Source of the DNA: the human T2T-CHM13v2.0 reference genome, Homo sapiens
Length of the DNA stretch: 64,000 nt
Strand: one strand, 5' to 3'
Assembly: GCF_009914755.1 (NCBI RefSeq)
Contig: NC_060926.1
Every line of letters starts with the position of its first letter. Position 1 is the first letter of the stretch. The notes under the pieces are model-generated. The model saw only the letters and a program-made list of their open reading frames with translations. It searched no databases and was not told the DNA's origin. Positions 29,167 to 47,023 of the stretch are shown here, one piece after another. The position numbers and the translations under genes are program-made.

Positions 29167-32227
<3,061 letters not shown>

Positions 32228-33117
32228 TTCTATTTCTTAATCTGGGTGGTGGTTAGAAGGGTGTTTGCCTGATAATAGTTAAGGCATGTATTTATTCCGT
32301 GTGGTTTACTGTGTCTTATTTCACAATACAACATGTCTTTTGTTTTTTTTAAAAAAAAAAGCCATTTCAGTAGTACCGGAGAGAGAAAAAGAGGGAGCCC
32401 CAGCCTGAATGAGAGTGGAAAATGGTGAGCAAATACGGGGTCATTCCAGAGAAGTGACTGTACGTAGAATGTAAAATAGAGGCAGAGTAAGAGATAGCCA
32501 TTTGGAAATTTACATTTGAGGTGGCAGTAGAATAGATATGTGACAGTAACTACAAGAGGTTAGAAATAAAAGTTCAGATCTCAGAAAAAATATTGTGCTA
32601 GAAGATTTGGAGATCAAAATCAAGTGATCAGAACATAACTACGGGAATTGGAAAGTCAGAAGAGAAGATGACCAAGGACAGAATCTTAGAAAATGTCTGT
32701 GTGTCAGGAGTAGTAAAAAGAGCCAGAAAGGGATACTAAGAAGGGACTGGAGAGCAAGGTTGATGGCTCAGGGTGGTACGGTATAATACCACTTCTTAAT
32801 GGAAGAAGTCCAAGAAAGCATTTCAAGGAGAGTGTGGTTGGCTGCTGCAGATTACTGAAGGTAGGTCAGGCAGATTGCAAAGTAGTTCAGTGACTGTTGG
32901 AAGAAAGGTCATATCATCAGGGCAGGTGAAGCAATGGGAGTGTCCACTCCCATAAGAATGTTGGTGGCAAAGGGAGAGAAGTTGTGTGTGTGCTAAGGGG
33001 AAGCTGAGGTGGAAGAGTTGAGCATGTGATCAGGCAAGCCGCTACAGCCAAGAAAGAAGAAAGAAGAAAGAAGTGGAGACAAGAAAGGGAAATATTTGAT
33101 GAGGCAAAGATCTAGAT

Positions 33118-33306
33118 CAGGGCTTCTCAAAGTGTGGCCCCCTGACCAGCACCACCAGCATCAGTTGTATACTTGTTGGAAATGCATATTCCAAGGCCCC
33201 ACCTCAGACCTGCTGAATCGGAAACTCTGGAGTTGAAGCTCAGGAATGTGTATTTCAACAGACTATCTAAGAATTATGATGTATGCCGAAGTTTGAAAAC
33301 CACTAG
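33118..33306. mobile_element. MER5A
   Basis: cagggcttctcaaagtgtgg...ccacctcagacctgctgaatc...tttgaaaaccact. Confidence 0.85.
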
Positions 33307-34359
33307 GGAAGAGGAAGGGGTGGCTTTATCCAGCACACAGATGGAGAAGTTCTCCTTAATGAGAAGAGTGACCCTACTTCCTTTTAGACAAGAGGAAAGG
33401 AGAAAAAGAAGAAGAGGAGAAAGATGGTATCAGATAGATAGCCTCAGGCTTTCTGTAAGGTCACCTGCTGAGAACAAAGACTTGGGATATTTGGGGAGCT
33501 TAAAGCGTGAGTGTGTTCATTCCAGCCTCCAAACCCTGGCCTCTTCTTTAGGCTTTGTCTGATATGTCCTCTTGCTTCTTCATTCCCCATCCAGATCCTG
33601 TGTGTAAGATCACATGCAGTTCCACCTTCTTCAGGATACCTTCCCCAACTTGTCCAGTCCACAGTGATTACTCCTTTGGTAGTACCTTACTTACATAGGG
33701 CCATCGGTAATTCTTTTGTTTCATTTGAATGTCTTGTCTTCCGAATATGACTGTATGTTCCTTTTGACGATTATGATTTTGCTACTTGAGGAACATGTCC
33801 TCATTGTACTGCTGCTCACAGCATCCACTGAGGCTTCAATAACATTTATAGACAGACGACTCCCAAATTAGGAAGTCAACGGATCAATATCCCCTTTCAT
33901 TCTGAGTTTTCAATTCCAGATTTAGATGGTGTCCTTTTCTCTAAGTGTTTAAAACACTTTCTTAGAGAGGCTTCTATGATATGGAAGTTTAAAACTCTAT
34001 AAAAGATAAGGAAAATTGGAGGAGAAAGTGGCAAATAGGAAATCATTTGAAAGAAGAGAAGTGATTCACTGGTTTGGGTAAACACTGTAAATGACTTGAA
34101 CACTGTAAACACTGTAAATGGCCCTCTACAAGAGTGAGCTGTGCCAACATAGACTTTGAGAAGTGACATAAAAGAAACTGTGGGAAAGGATACTGGAATC
34201 CTCTGTAAAGAATGCCTATAATAGCCATACAAAGAACATGGCTGCCTTCCCTACTGCTGGTAAGATAGCTTGTTTTTGAAGTTCATTACATTTAGCAAGC
34301 ATGATCAAGAATTCTATCAGTGCACTACTTTCACAAATACACAAGAAACTACCTTTTTA

Positions 34360-34701
<342 letters not shown>

Positions 34702-35029
34702 CTACAGCCAGGAGTCTGAAAATATAAAGGTAAACAAAGAAGTACTAAACATGAGAATATGAGAAAATAAATTCTTTAAACCTCTATAGGGAGAGTTATC
34801 TGTGATCACTGCAATGAAATACAAATTAGGGTGAACCCATTTGACATTAGGTTTTATTACAAACTTGAAACAGAGACTCTCTGTTTGAGAAATTCTTTCA
34901 GTGTGAGTTTTGCATCACAAGGTAAAAATCCTATCAGAAATTGACTTGGTTTTGTTTTTCAGATTGAAACCCCAAACTCAAAGCCAGAATGAAAGGACAT
35001 AAGTTAGTACAAGAATAAGGGAAGGGAAA

Positions 35030-35235
35030 CTAATATTTCTTGAGCACCTATAATGTGGTTTCATTTACTCCATCTCTTTCAATTCTTAATGAGTCCTGTG
35101 ATGCAACTCTTACTGTCTCTTTTTTACAGATGAGGGCAATGATACTCAGCATCTCTCATCTTCACTGCCTTGCGTTTGAACTCAGAGCTATCCAGCTACA
35201 AAGCCCATGCATTCTTTCTGCTATACTATACCTGT
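35030..35235 (-). mobile_element. MIR
   Basis: tttttacagatgagggcaatga...tttgaactcag. Confidence 0.65.
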
Positions 35236-35274
35236 TAAACTTCATAGGTTTGGCATGTCCATAGCTGTTATGAT

Positions 35275-35579
35275 TTTTCTTTATTTTTAAAATTAGAGAC
35301 AGGATCGTACTTTGTCATCCAGGCTGGAGTACAGTGGCAAGATCATAGCTCACTGTAACCTCAAATTCCTGGACTCAAGTGATCCTCCTGTCTCAGACTC
35401 CTGAGTAGCTAGGACAACAGGTACATACCACCACAACTGGCTAATTTTTTATTTTTTTTGTAGAGACAGGGGTCTCACTATGTTGCTTAGGCTGGTCTCA
35501 AACTCTTGGCCTCAAGCAATCCTCCCACCTTGGCCTTTCAAAGTGCTGGGATTACAGGCATGAGCCATAGTGCCCAGCC
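35275..35579 (-). mobile_element. AluJ
   Basis: Reverse dimeric Alu. Confidence 0.92.
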
Positions 35580-37711
35580 AAGATTTTTCTAAAACATGGA
35601 GAATTCTATAATGATTATTGATTTTGTAATGTTTCTGCTTACAAAATTGTATTTTACTTTGTAATGAATTTTGAATGGAAATAAGATTTTAATATTGTGA
35701 TGAAATAAAATGGAGAGAATATAAATTTTACTTTGGTGTCAGTGTAATTACAAGCAACATGTTGACATGATTTGATGTCTGGTAGAACCATCCTTTACAT
35801 GTCTTCGCACATGAATGTTATGCTTTAGATGGTAAAACTTATATAGGTAAGGGTCCTACTTGTATGCGCCTTGCTCTTTTTCAGAAAGCATTTTCTGTTC
35901 AGTTTGTTTAAAAAACAGTTTTGTAGCTGGGACTATAGGCACATGTCACCATGCCCAGCTTGGAGTTCTAATTTGAATTTCCCTAGGGACTAATGATGTT
36001 GAATATATTTTCATGTACTTATTTGCCATTCACGTATCTTCTCTGGTGAAGTGTCTGTTCAAATGCTTTGCTCATTTTTTAAAAAATTGGGTTGCTTGTT
36101 TTTCTTATCATTGACATACTCTGGGAGTTCTTTATATATTCTGGATATAAGCTTATATCAGATACTATATATGATTTGCCATTTTCTTCCAGCCTGTAGC
36201 TCGTCTTCATTCTCCTCACAGGATCTTTCAAAGTGCAAATGTTTTTAATTTTAATAAAGTCTGATTTACCAATTTGTTCTTTTAAGGATCAAGACTCTTG
36301 TGTGTGTCTAAGAAATCTTTACCTAACTCAAGGTTACAAAGATTTTCTCCTGCATTTTCATCTACAAGTTTTATAGTTTTGGGTTTTACATTTAGGTTTA
36401 TGATTCATTTTGCATCAATATTTGCATATGGTGTGAGATATAGATTGAAGTTCTGTTTTTAAAAAATGGAGACTCAATTGTTAAAACATCATTTCATCCT
36501 TTGCTCACCAAATTGCCTCCATTTACTTAGGTCTTATTTAATTTCTCTCATCCATTGTCAGAATTATCTTTAAGTGTTTCATATTTTTATGCTATTATAA
36601 ACAGAATGGTTTTTTAATGCTGTTGTAAACAGTATAAAATTGGAAATTCCAACTTCCAATTATTTGTTGATTTTATGAAGAAATACAACTGATTCTTGTA
36701 CATTGATCTTGTATCCCACAATCCTACTAAAGTCACTTATTAGTTCTAGAAGCTTATTTTTGTATATCTCTTTATACAGAAAGGGACTGTAATCTCCAGT
36801 GCAGTGTTGAAGAATGAAAGAAAACATACTTTTCTTATGCCTGACGTTAGGAAGAAAGCATCGGGTCTTTCACCATTAAGTATGATGTTAACTATAGGTT
36901 TTTCATAGATGACCTTTTTCAGGCCAAAGAATTTCCTTTCTATTTTTAGGTTGCTGAAAGTTTTTAGCAGGAACAGACATTAATCTTTGTCAGAAGCATT
37001 TTCTGCCTTTATTGAGATGATCATATGTTTTTTCTTTTTTGGCTTGCTAATATAGTAGATTATATTGATCAATTTTCAAATGTTAAACCAACCTTCTTAT
37101 ATTCTTAAGATAAGCCCCACTTGATCATGATGCATTGCCATATGTATGTTCATATGTATATTATGGACAACTTTGGATATGTTGTATTAATATTGCATAA
37201 ATATTATCCTCTTAATATTTATGGACTCTGTATTGATGGCACCTCTCATATTCATGATATTGGTGATTTATATCTTCTCCCTTTTTTCCTGATAAGTCAG
37301 GCTAGAGGTTTATCAATTTTATTGATCTCAAAGAATCAGTGTTTGGTTTCATTGATTTTTCTCTATTATTTTTCTGTTTCCCTTTTTATTCACTTCTGCT
37401 CTAATCTTTATTACTTCTTTTTTTTTTTCTGGTCAAGTTTAACTTACTCTTCTTTTTCTTGAATATTTAGCTAGAAACTGAGTTCACTAATTGAGACCTT
37501 TCCTAATAATAGCCATTTAGTGCTATTAATTTCCTCTAAGTACTTCATTCGTGGCATCCCATAAATTTTGATGTGTTGTATTTTCATTCAACGCAAAATA
37601 ATTGTCAGTTTATGTTTTCATTTATTCTTTGGACCCCAGGTTATTTAGAAGTATATTATTTATTTTCCAAATATTTGAGAATTTTACAGAGATTATTGAT
37701 TTCTAGTTTAA

Positions 37712-38037
<326 letters not shown>

Positions 38038-38945
38038 AGGGAACATATTTTTTGTATGACTAGAATCATTTTAAATTTATTGAGACTTACACTATGACCC
38101 AGAATAGGTATATATTGGTAAATGGTCTATTTGAAAAGAACATCTGTTCTGCTATTGTTGAGTGTATTCTATAAATATCAATTAAGTCAAGTTATTGATA
38201 GTGTTGTTTAAGTCATCTGTAGCTTTGCTTATTTTCTGTCTACTTGTTCCATCAATTACTGAGAGGGGAGTATTAAAATCTCTGACAATAATTTGGTTTC
38301 ATCTGTGTTTTTTTGTAGTTGTACTTCTATCCATTTCAGCTTCATAAATTTGAAGCTCTGTTATTCAGTGCGTGAATATTTAGAATTGTTATGTCTGCTT
38401 CTTGACCCTTTAACATTGTAAAGTGATCTTCCTTATTCCTAGTACATTCTTTGCTCTGAAATCTACTATGTCTGATATGAATATAGACACTCCAGCTTTC
38501 TTTTGACTAGTGTTGCTTGGTATAGCTTTGTCCATCTTTTTACTTTTAACCTAGTTGTGTCTGTATATTTAAAATGCATTTATTGTAAGCCACATGTACT
38601 TCGGTCTAGCTGTTTTGTCCAGTCTGACACACTCTGCCTTTTAATTGGAGCGTTCAGACCATTTTTGTTTAGTACAGTTACTGATGGGGTTAGATTTAAA
38701 TCTGTCATTTTACTATTTGTTTTGTGTTTCATCTATTCTTTGTTCCCCCTTTCATCTTGTTCTGCTTGCTTTTGGATTAAATGAGTTTATTTTCTTATTC
38801 TATTTTATCTCCTTTGTTGGCTTATTAGCTGTAACTCTTTGTTTTTTATTTTAGTGGTTGCTTTAGATTTTATAGTATGTATCTTTAACTTATCACAGAC
38901 TATCCTCAAATGATATACCATTTCATGTATATTATTAAAACCTGT

Positions 38946-39266
38946 GGCTGGGCATGGTGGCTCATGCCTATAATCCCAGCACTTTGGGAGGCCAAAGTGG
39001 GCGGATCACTTAAGGCCAAGAGTTTGAAACCAGCCTGGCCATCATGATGAAACCCCATCTCTACTGAAAAAAAAAAACAAAAACAAAAATTAGCCAGGCG
39101 TGGTCGTTGGTGCCTGTAATTCCAGCTACTCGGGAGGCTGAGACAGGAGAATAGCTTCAACCTGGGAGGCGGAGGCTGCAGTGAGCTGAGATCATGCTAC
39201 TGTACTCGAGCCTGCTCTGTCTCAAACAAAACAAAACAAAACAAAACAAAACAAAACAAAACAAAA
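38946..39266 (+). mobile_element. Alu with (CAAAA)n tail
   Basis: Dimeric Alu. Confidence 0.93.
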
Positions 39267-40444
39267 CCTTACAGTAGTATACTGCCATTGGTCCCCTGCC
39301 AGTCTTTATGCTACTATTGTCCTACTTTTTATCTATACATATATTATCACCCCACAATACTTGCTTGTTTAACCAATTATATTTAAAGAGGTTTAAGTAA
39401 TAAGAAACAGTCATATATATATTTACCTATATAGTTAGTATTTCTGATTCCTTCATGTACATTTCCATCTGATATAATTTTTCTTCTGCCTTAAGGATTT
39501 CCTTTAACATTTCTTGCAGCATAGGTCTGCTGGTGATTAATTCCTTCAGCTTTTTGTATGTCTGAAAACATCTGTTTCACCTTGTTTTGAAATATATTTT
39601 CACTGGCTATACAATTCTAGGTTGACAGTTGTTTTTTATTCCTTTCAGTACTTTAAAGATGCTGCTCCACTGTCTTCTAACTTGCATATTCCTCACAAAA
39701 AAAATATGCTGTCATCCTTATCTTTGTTTTTATATAAAACATCTTTTTCCTCTGGGTGCTTTTCAGATTTTCTCTTTATCACTACTTTTAGGCAATTCGA
39801 TTATTATTATGTGCCTGCTAGTTTTCTTCATGTTTCTTGTGTTTGGGCTTGTTGAAATTTCTTGCTGAGTTAACAGTTTTCATTAAATTAGGACATTTTT
39901 CAGCCATTATTTCTTCAAATATTTTTTCTGTTGTCTCCCTTCTCCTATTTTTTGAGAAGTCCAGTTTCACATGTATTGACCACTTAAAATTGTCCCACAG
40001 CTCACTCTTTATTTTATTCCTTTTTTTCTCCATATATTTCATTTTGGATAGTTTCTATCACTATGTTTTCAAGTTCACTAGTCTTCTCTTTTGCGGTGTC
40101 TAATCTGCTGTTAATCTTATCCAATGTATTGTTCTTCTCAGGCATTGTAGTTTTCATCTCTAGAAGTTTGATTTGGGGCTTTAAAAGGTATCTCCCATGT
40201 CTCTACCTGATTCTTAGAATATATTAAAGACCATTATGATAACTATTGTAATGCCCGTGTCTGCTAATTCTGACATCTCTGTCAGTTTTCGATTGAGTTC
40301 AGTTGTTTGATTTGTCTTGTCATTATGGTTTCTATTTTTTCAATTTTTTATATGTCTGGCCATCTTGGATTATATACTAGGTATTTTGAATTTTACTTCG
40401 TTGGGATCTGAATGTTTTTATATTTCTGTAAATGTTTTTGAGAT

Positions 40445-40708
40445 TTTGCGTTTGTTTTAGAGACAGAGTCTCACTCAGTCATGCAGGCTGGAGTGGAGTG
40501 GCACAATCACAGCTTACTACAGCTTCAACTTCCCGAGCTCAAGTGGTCCTCCCTTCTCAGCCCCCCAGGTAGCTGGGAACACAAGCATGCACCACCATGC
40601 TCATCTAATTTTTGTATTTTTTTGTAGAGATGGGATCTTGCCATGTTGCCCATGCTGTTTTTGAACGCCTGACCTCAAGCAGTCCTCCCACCTTGACCGC
40701 CCAAAGTG
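40445..40708 (-). mobile_element. AluJ, 5' end missing
   Basis: Reverse Alu. Confidence 0.88.
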
Positions 40709-41063
40709 TGTTTTTGAGTTTTGTTCTGGGATACAGTTAAATTACTTTGAAATAGTTTGATATGTTTGGGTCTTGCTTTTAAGATTTGTTAGGCAGAACC
40801 AGAGCAGCATTTAGTCTAGGGCTAATTATTCCCTACTATTGAGACAAGACCCTTCTGAGGACTCTACACAATGCTTGTAAATTATGAGGTTTTCTAATCT
40901 GGCTGGTGGAACACTCACTATTCCTGGCCCTGTGTGAGCACTGACCTACTCCCCTTCAATTTTTTGACATGATCTTTCCCCAACTTCAAGTAGTTTTCTC
41001 ACATACATGCATGATCAGTCATCCACAGAATATTCTAGGGGGACCATCCACAGATCTCCAGAG

Positions 41064-41064
41064 T

Positions 41065-41099
<35 letters not shown>

Positions 41100-41108
41100 T
41101 TCTCTCTC
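41064..41108. repeat. Interrupted (CT)n microsatellite
   Basis: Read directly. Confidence 0.9.
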
Positions 41109-41148
41109 AAGTGCTCTCCTATTCAGTATTTTATCCTGGGAACTCTGA

Positions 41149-41479
<331 letters not shown>

Positions 41480-41894
41480 CCATCTTCTTAACTCAGGCAG
41501 TCCACCTGCTTCTTTCTCATTTCCTCCATCTATGCTATGGCCTGGAAACTCTCAAGGCAGTAAGCTGGGGTAAAGGTAGGGCTCATTTCATTTATTTCTG
41601 TCTTCTTAAGGATTACTGTCCTGTGTTGCTGATGTTCAGTGTCTTGAAAACTATTGTTTTATATGTTTTGTGTAGGTTTTCTGTTGTTGTTTTAGACAAA
41701 AAGCTAAATGAGGGCCTTGTTACGCCATCTTTGCTGGAAGCAGAAATCTTTAGAAAGCATTTTAAGTGGACTTCATATCTAGCTAATCCACACATTGTAT
41801 TCAAAGACCAATTTAACAATAGAAACCTCTATTTCTTGAGGGCCTTCTGTGTGCCAGGCACTGTGCTAGGTACATTCACACACAATTCATCCAT

Positions 41895-44400
41895 ATGGCA
41901 TATTTATTGAACAGCTATTAGGTGCTAGGGACTATTCTAGACATTGGAAATACATCACTGTACAAAACAGATTTTAAAAATCTGTATCCCTGTGGTGCTT
42001 ATATTCTAGTGGGGAAAGAGAGAAGAAACAAAATCAATAATTTAGTTATATTGCACATTAAAGGGTAATAGCTGCTACAGAAAAATAAAGAGCAAGATAA
42101 GGGGGTTTTAGAAGTGCTGGACTGAAAATAAATGATTGCAGTTTTAAAGAGGATGGTCAGGGAAGGCCTCCCTGAGAAGGTAAGACATATACACAAAGAC
42201 CTGAAGGAGGTGACGGAGTGAGCTGTAGCTATAGAGATATCTGGAGGAAGAGCATTTTGGCTGCTCAAGCAGCCAGTATTAAGACCCTAGAACAGAACCA
42301 TGCTAGTATATTCAGGAAAGCATAAGGAGGCCAGTGTTACTAGAGCAAAGAGGCCAAGGAGGAGAGTAATAGTAGATGAGGACAGAGTGGTAACCAGGCC
42401 CAATTGTGTAAGGGTTTTCAGGTCATTGTAAAGACTTTGGCTTTTGCTCTGAGTGAAGAGAGAAAAGGCTCATGATCTGATACATGTTTTAAAAGAATCA
42501 CTCTGGCTGCTCTCTTGAGCAGAGATTGTTGGATGACAGATGGAAGCAGGGAGACCAATTAGGGAGCTATGAAATAATTCAGATGAGAGATGATAGTAGT
42601 TTAGACTGGGGAGAGCAGTAGAGATAGAGAGAAGTGGTTAGATTTTGATATATTTCAAAGGTAGAATGACCTGCACTTGTGGCATATTCAATGTGGACTG
42701 TAAAAGAAAGAGTCAAAGATATATTCAAGGTCTTTGGCCTGAGCAACTGGAAAGATGGAATTACCAATAACGAGATTTAAAAAAGACTGAATGAAGTGAG
42801 TTTTAGGGAAAATGATTGGGAATTCAAATTTGGACATGTTAGGTTTGAGATGTCTAGTAGATACCCAAGTGGAAATATTAAAATAGGAAGTTGGATATAT
42901 GAATCTAGAGTTCATGGGAGAGGTTCAGGCTGATAGGTCAAGTAAGATAAAGACTAAGAACTGACCTAAATTTAGCAATGTGGAGATCTTTGGTGAGTTT
43001 GACAGCAGCATTTTTGGTGGAACGGTGGGGACAAAAGCCTGGCTGGAGTGAATTTTAAGAGAATGAGAGGAGAGGAATTGGCAACAGAGCGTCAAACAAT
43101 TTTCTCAAAGAGTTTTGCTGCAAAGGAGGAATAGAGAAATGGTGCAATAACTGTCAGGAGAGGATATTTTACAAAGGGGGAAATAACTCCATGTTTGAAT
43201 ACTGATGGAAGTAATCCAGAGAGAGAAAAGAACTGATATAGGAAACAGAAGGGAAATTGCTAGAGCACGTCCTAGAATAGATCAAAGGGGATGGATCTAG
43301 GTGGCATAAGAGAAGGTACTGGCTGTAGATAGGAGTATAGATAGTTCATCTATGGTAATGGGCAGGAAGGCAGAATGTGTAGATGCAGATGCTATTAGGA
43401 GCATAAGTGTGGTGGTAGGAGTTTATGGAAGTTCTTAACTGATTGCTGCATTTTTTTTTTTTTTTTTTTTTGAGAAAGGGTCTCATTTTTGTCACCCAGG
43501 CTGGAGTGCAGTGGCTAGATCATGGCTCACTGCAGCCTTGACTTCCTGGGCTCAGATGATCCTCCCACCTTAGCCTCCGGAGTGGCTGAGACCACAGGTG
43601 TGTGCCACCACACCCAGCTAATTTTTTGTATTTTTAGCAGCGAGGGGGTATCGCCATGTTGCCCAGGCTAGTCTCGAGCTCCTAGGCTTAAGCAATCCAC
43701 CCGCTTCGGTCTCCCAAAGTGCTAGGATTACAGGCATGAGCCACCGTGCCCGGCTGGATTGCTGCAATTTTGACAGTAAAGCAAGAAGCAGGGTCATCAG
43801 CTGAAAGTGAGGAGGAGGGGAATAGTGTCAGAATTTTGAAGGGAGAGTACAAAGTGCAAAATAATGACCTAGGATAGTGGGAAACTAAATGGACAAAGGA
43901 AATGTAAGTATAACTGCCAGATGTCATTAAGAGTCCACTTGAGGTTCATAGTCATGAATTTAAAGCAAAGCCAGTGAGGATGCTTGTGTGCTGTCTCTAG
44001 CCACATTCAGGTGCACAGGTGCAGTCATGGACCAGGCAGAGAGCTGGATTTAACAAATACGAGGAAGTAAGAGAGGGACAAGGAAGTTGAGGGTGTATGC
44101 AAGGGAGTAATTACAATGATAAGTCATGAAATTTAAGCTGAGCAAGAAAGAAAGATAAATATTAGGGAAGTGGGATAGTGACATGGTGATAAGATCAGTG
44201 TGGGCCAGTGGGACTGAAGAGTACCTTCTAGAAAGAATGAGCTGTGAAAGATAGGAGGGGTTGGTCAGAGATTGGCTAGAGTTGCAGTAACTGGTAAAGA
44301 TAGGTTTGGAGGAGTGCCACTCAATGAGTAGGCCATGGACTGGTGCCAGTCTGTGAACTGTGTGTTACTGATCTGCAAGGAGATAAGTTCAGAAATTGAA
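41895..44400 (-). mobile_element. Long L2 (L2a-like) remnant, interrupted by an Alu
   Basis: L2 signature stretches (ggtcagggaaggcctccctgag; ttggacatgttaggtttgagatgtct; gtaaagactttggcttttgctctgagtga). Confidence 0.85.
43451..43754 (-). mobile_element. AluJ
   Basis: Reverse dimeric Alu; TSD gattgctgca. Confidence 0.93.
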
Positions 44401-44739
44401 AATAAATGTTTAGAAACACTGCTGCGACATCCAAGCATATGATCAGTGGACTTGTATTTGGAATGCCTTTGTGTTTTTAATCTCATTTTTGTGACTATAT
44501 TTTACAAAAGTATTGGTCTGCAACAGATTAGATACAAACAAAGTCTGGTCCTCCCCCACAGTGGAAGCACATGCTCTCACGAGCATGCATGGGAGTGTAT
44601 CTCCAAAGGTGGAGGACAAGGTCACTGGAGGAGAGGAGTGAACAGTGAACTCACCATCATCTCTAGTCTTCCAAGATAGCAGGCTGCCTGACTGCACAGC
44701 TCCAGGAAGCACCATTCTCATTGTATGTTACATGAACAA

Positions 44740-44940
44740 TACAACTCCAGGTACTGTATGAATGGTGCTCTTAGAATGTTCAAGGAGATAGCTAGTGTTA
44801 TCCCCATCTTACAGATCAGAAAACAAGCTCAGAAAGGTTAAATAATTGCCTAAACTCATACAGCTACTAAGGGGAGGAGCCAAGATTTGAACCTAGGTCT
44901 GTCTGCTGTGCTAAAGCTGAACTCTGTCCACAATACCACT
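44740..44940 (-). mobile_element. MIR
   Basis: tccccatcttacagatcagaaaacaagctcagaaaggttaaataattgcc. Confidence 0.8.
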
Positions 44941-46783
44941 CTCTTTCTCTGTCACATGCATGTAGCACAGCCATAAGCCTCATGAGAACTGGGGAAAAAT
45001 ACCTTTTAGGAATGTGTTATGGTCCATGTGACCAAGCCAGGCATTTCAATTTATTTTAGAGTCATGACTCATTACAGCTGCTGTGGGAATCCATACCCAG
45101 TCGCTGCTTAGACCCCTATCTCTCCAGTTTGTCTTTGTTGAACCAAGGGGCTGAAGCACCTCAGGAATACAGCATCCACTATCACCACAGGATTTCCTGC
45201 AGTCTGTTCTTGTGCTTTAGTAATTGCATATGTATTAAAAGCAAATTCTAAAGAGACATTTATGGAATGGTAAGATTATGAGTAATTTTAATACTTTAAT
45301 CTTTTTTTTTCAAAATTCATATGATGGATAGATACATTACTTTTCTGATCAGAGAATGTCTAGTATAGATGTATACTTTAAACCATCTTGCTCATGGTTC
45401 AAGTCTTAGACTCTAAAACTCAGGGCTGTGATGAGGGCTGGGAAGGCCCCATCTCTCACTGAGCCTGAGTCCCAGATACACTGGGAGCCTCAGCATTTCC
45501 AGAAAAGTTGGTGTTTGTTGCTTCCTGCTCTCCCCAGGTGCATGGAGTTTCTGAGAAATCCGTAAACAACGTAAGCATTGATCTCTTAGGATTTCCTAAT
45601 TTCCTTCATTTCTTGCCTATCCAGTAGGCCTCAGCAAGTACAGCAACACTAAAGTTAATTTGTAAAGCTTATCTGGGTGTTACTGGACTTGTGAACCCTG
45701 AGGTAACCCACTGCTTCTGGAAAGCCCTCCCATGCTCCAAGTCTGTATATTCACCCAATGCATAGGATACAGCGTAGGAATTGGGGGTTTCTGTGTCCAT
45801 ATGGCCCATCAAGCTGCCCCTGTGAAGGCATGGTCTATGGCACAGCACAGGACCTGACACACAGTGAGGAGTGGCTCAGTAGGAACGAGTTGGACAAGTC
45901 AATGAACAACTGCTGCCCAGCGTGTGTAGGTATTTTTGTGGTGATGTCTTTAATCTTTTCTACCTTGAGAAATTTACTGGCATTAATATATATTAATGTA
46001 TTGTATATGAAAAGAACTTTTGGGCTGACTGGTATAAGACTTATTATTACATTCAGACACATGACTTTTCACCTAGGGAAGATATAGAAGAAATGAATCC
46101 ACCAAAATAAGCAAATATAACTGGGCAGGGTAGGACATGTTCAATCCGGTTAGGTTTAAAGAATCAAAATAGAAAATAGGAACAGAATTTTACTTTGAAA
46201 AATAGTACTGTAAATCACAGTTTTGGTGCTGTGGTAAGACGAATCATTAAAATACTTGAATATGGTAAAATGCTAATCATCACAGTTATTAATTGAGAGT
46301 AACTAAAAACCTCTGGTTGGCCTCATAAGCATTAGTAAAGTTTTCAAATGCATGTTACTAATTATTGTTATTAATGTGAAGTTTTAAACCTGATCCCCTT
46401 TGGGAGACTAAGTGTCAGTGTGGGTGAATTTTTCACTATGCCTAAAAACCAAGAACTACCAAATGAAATTTGACTCTTCTTTTCTTCCATCTTACCAAAT
46501 TGCTCATTTCATCAATATGAAAAGCAACTGATATGCCAGGCAGTATAGATATAAGCTGTCTCACATCATTTATTTTTATAAATTTGTGTTCCAGTCAAAT
46601 GTGGAATACTTTGGTTTCAATATGTACCTTATTGATGTTAAGGGTCTAGAATCATTATAATGACTACGGTAAAGATAAGATATTTTTCTCTAGTTTGTCT
46701 ACAAAAACCTATAAAAACTAGCAAAAAGGTTAACTATTTTATTTAAGTAGAGAATTCTTCTTCTAGATTTGAATACTAAATAA

Positions 46784-47023
<240 letters not shown>

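Noticed and set aside
34078-34120. Short aacactgtaaa repeats (and ctgccagtctgt x2 near 52743-52775)
   Set aside because: Too short and irregular to distinguish from local slippage.
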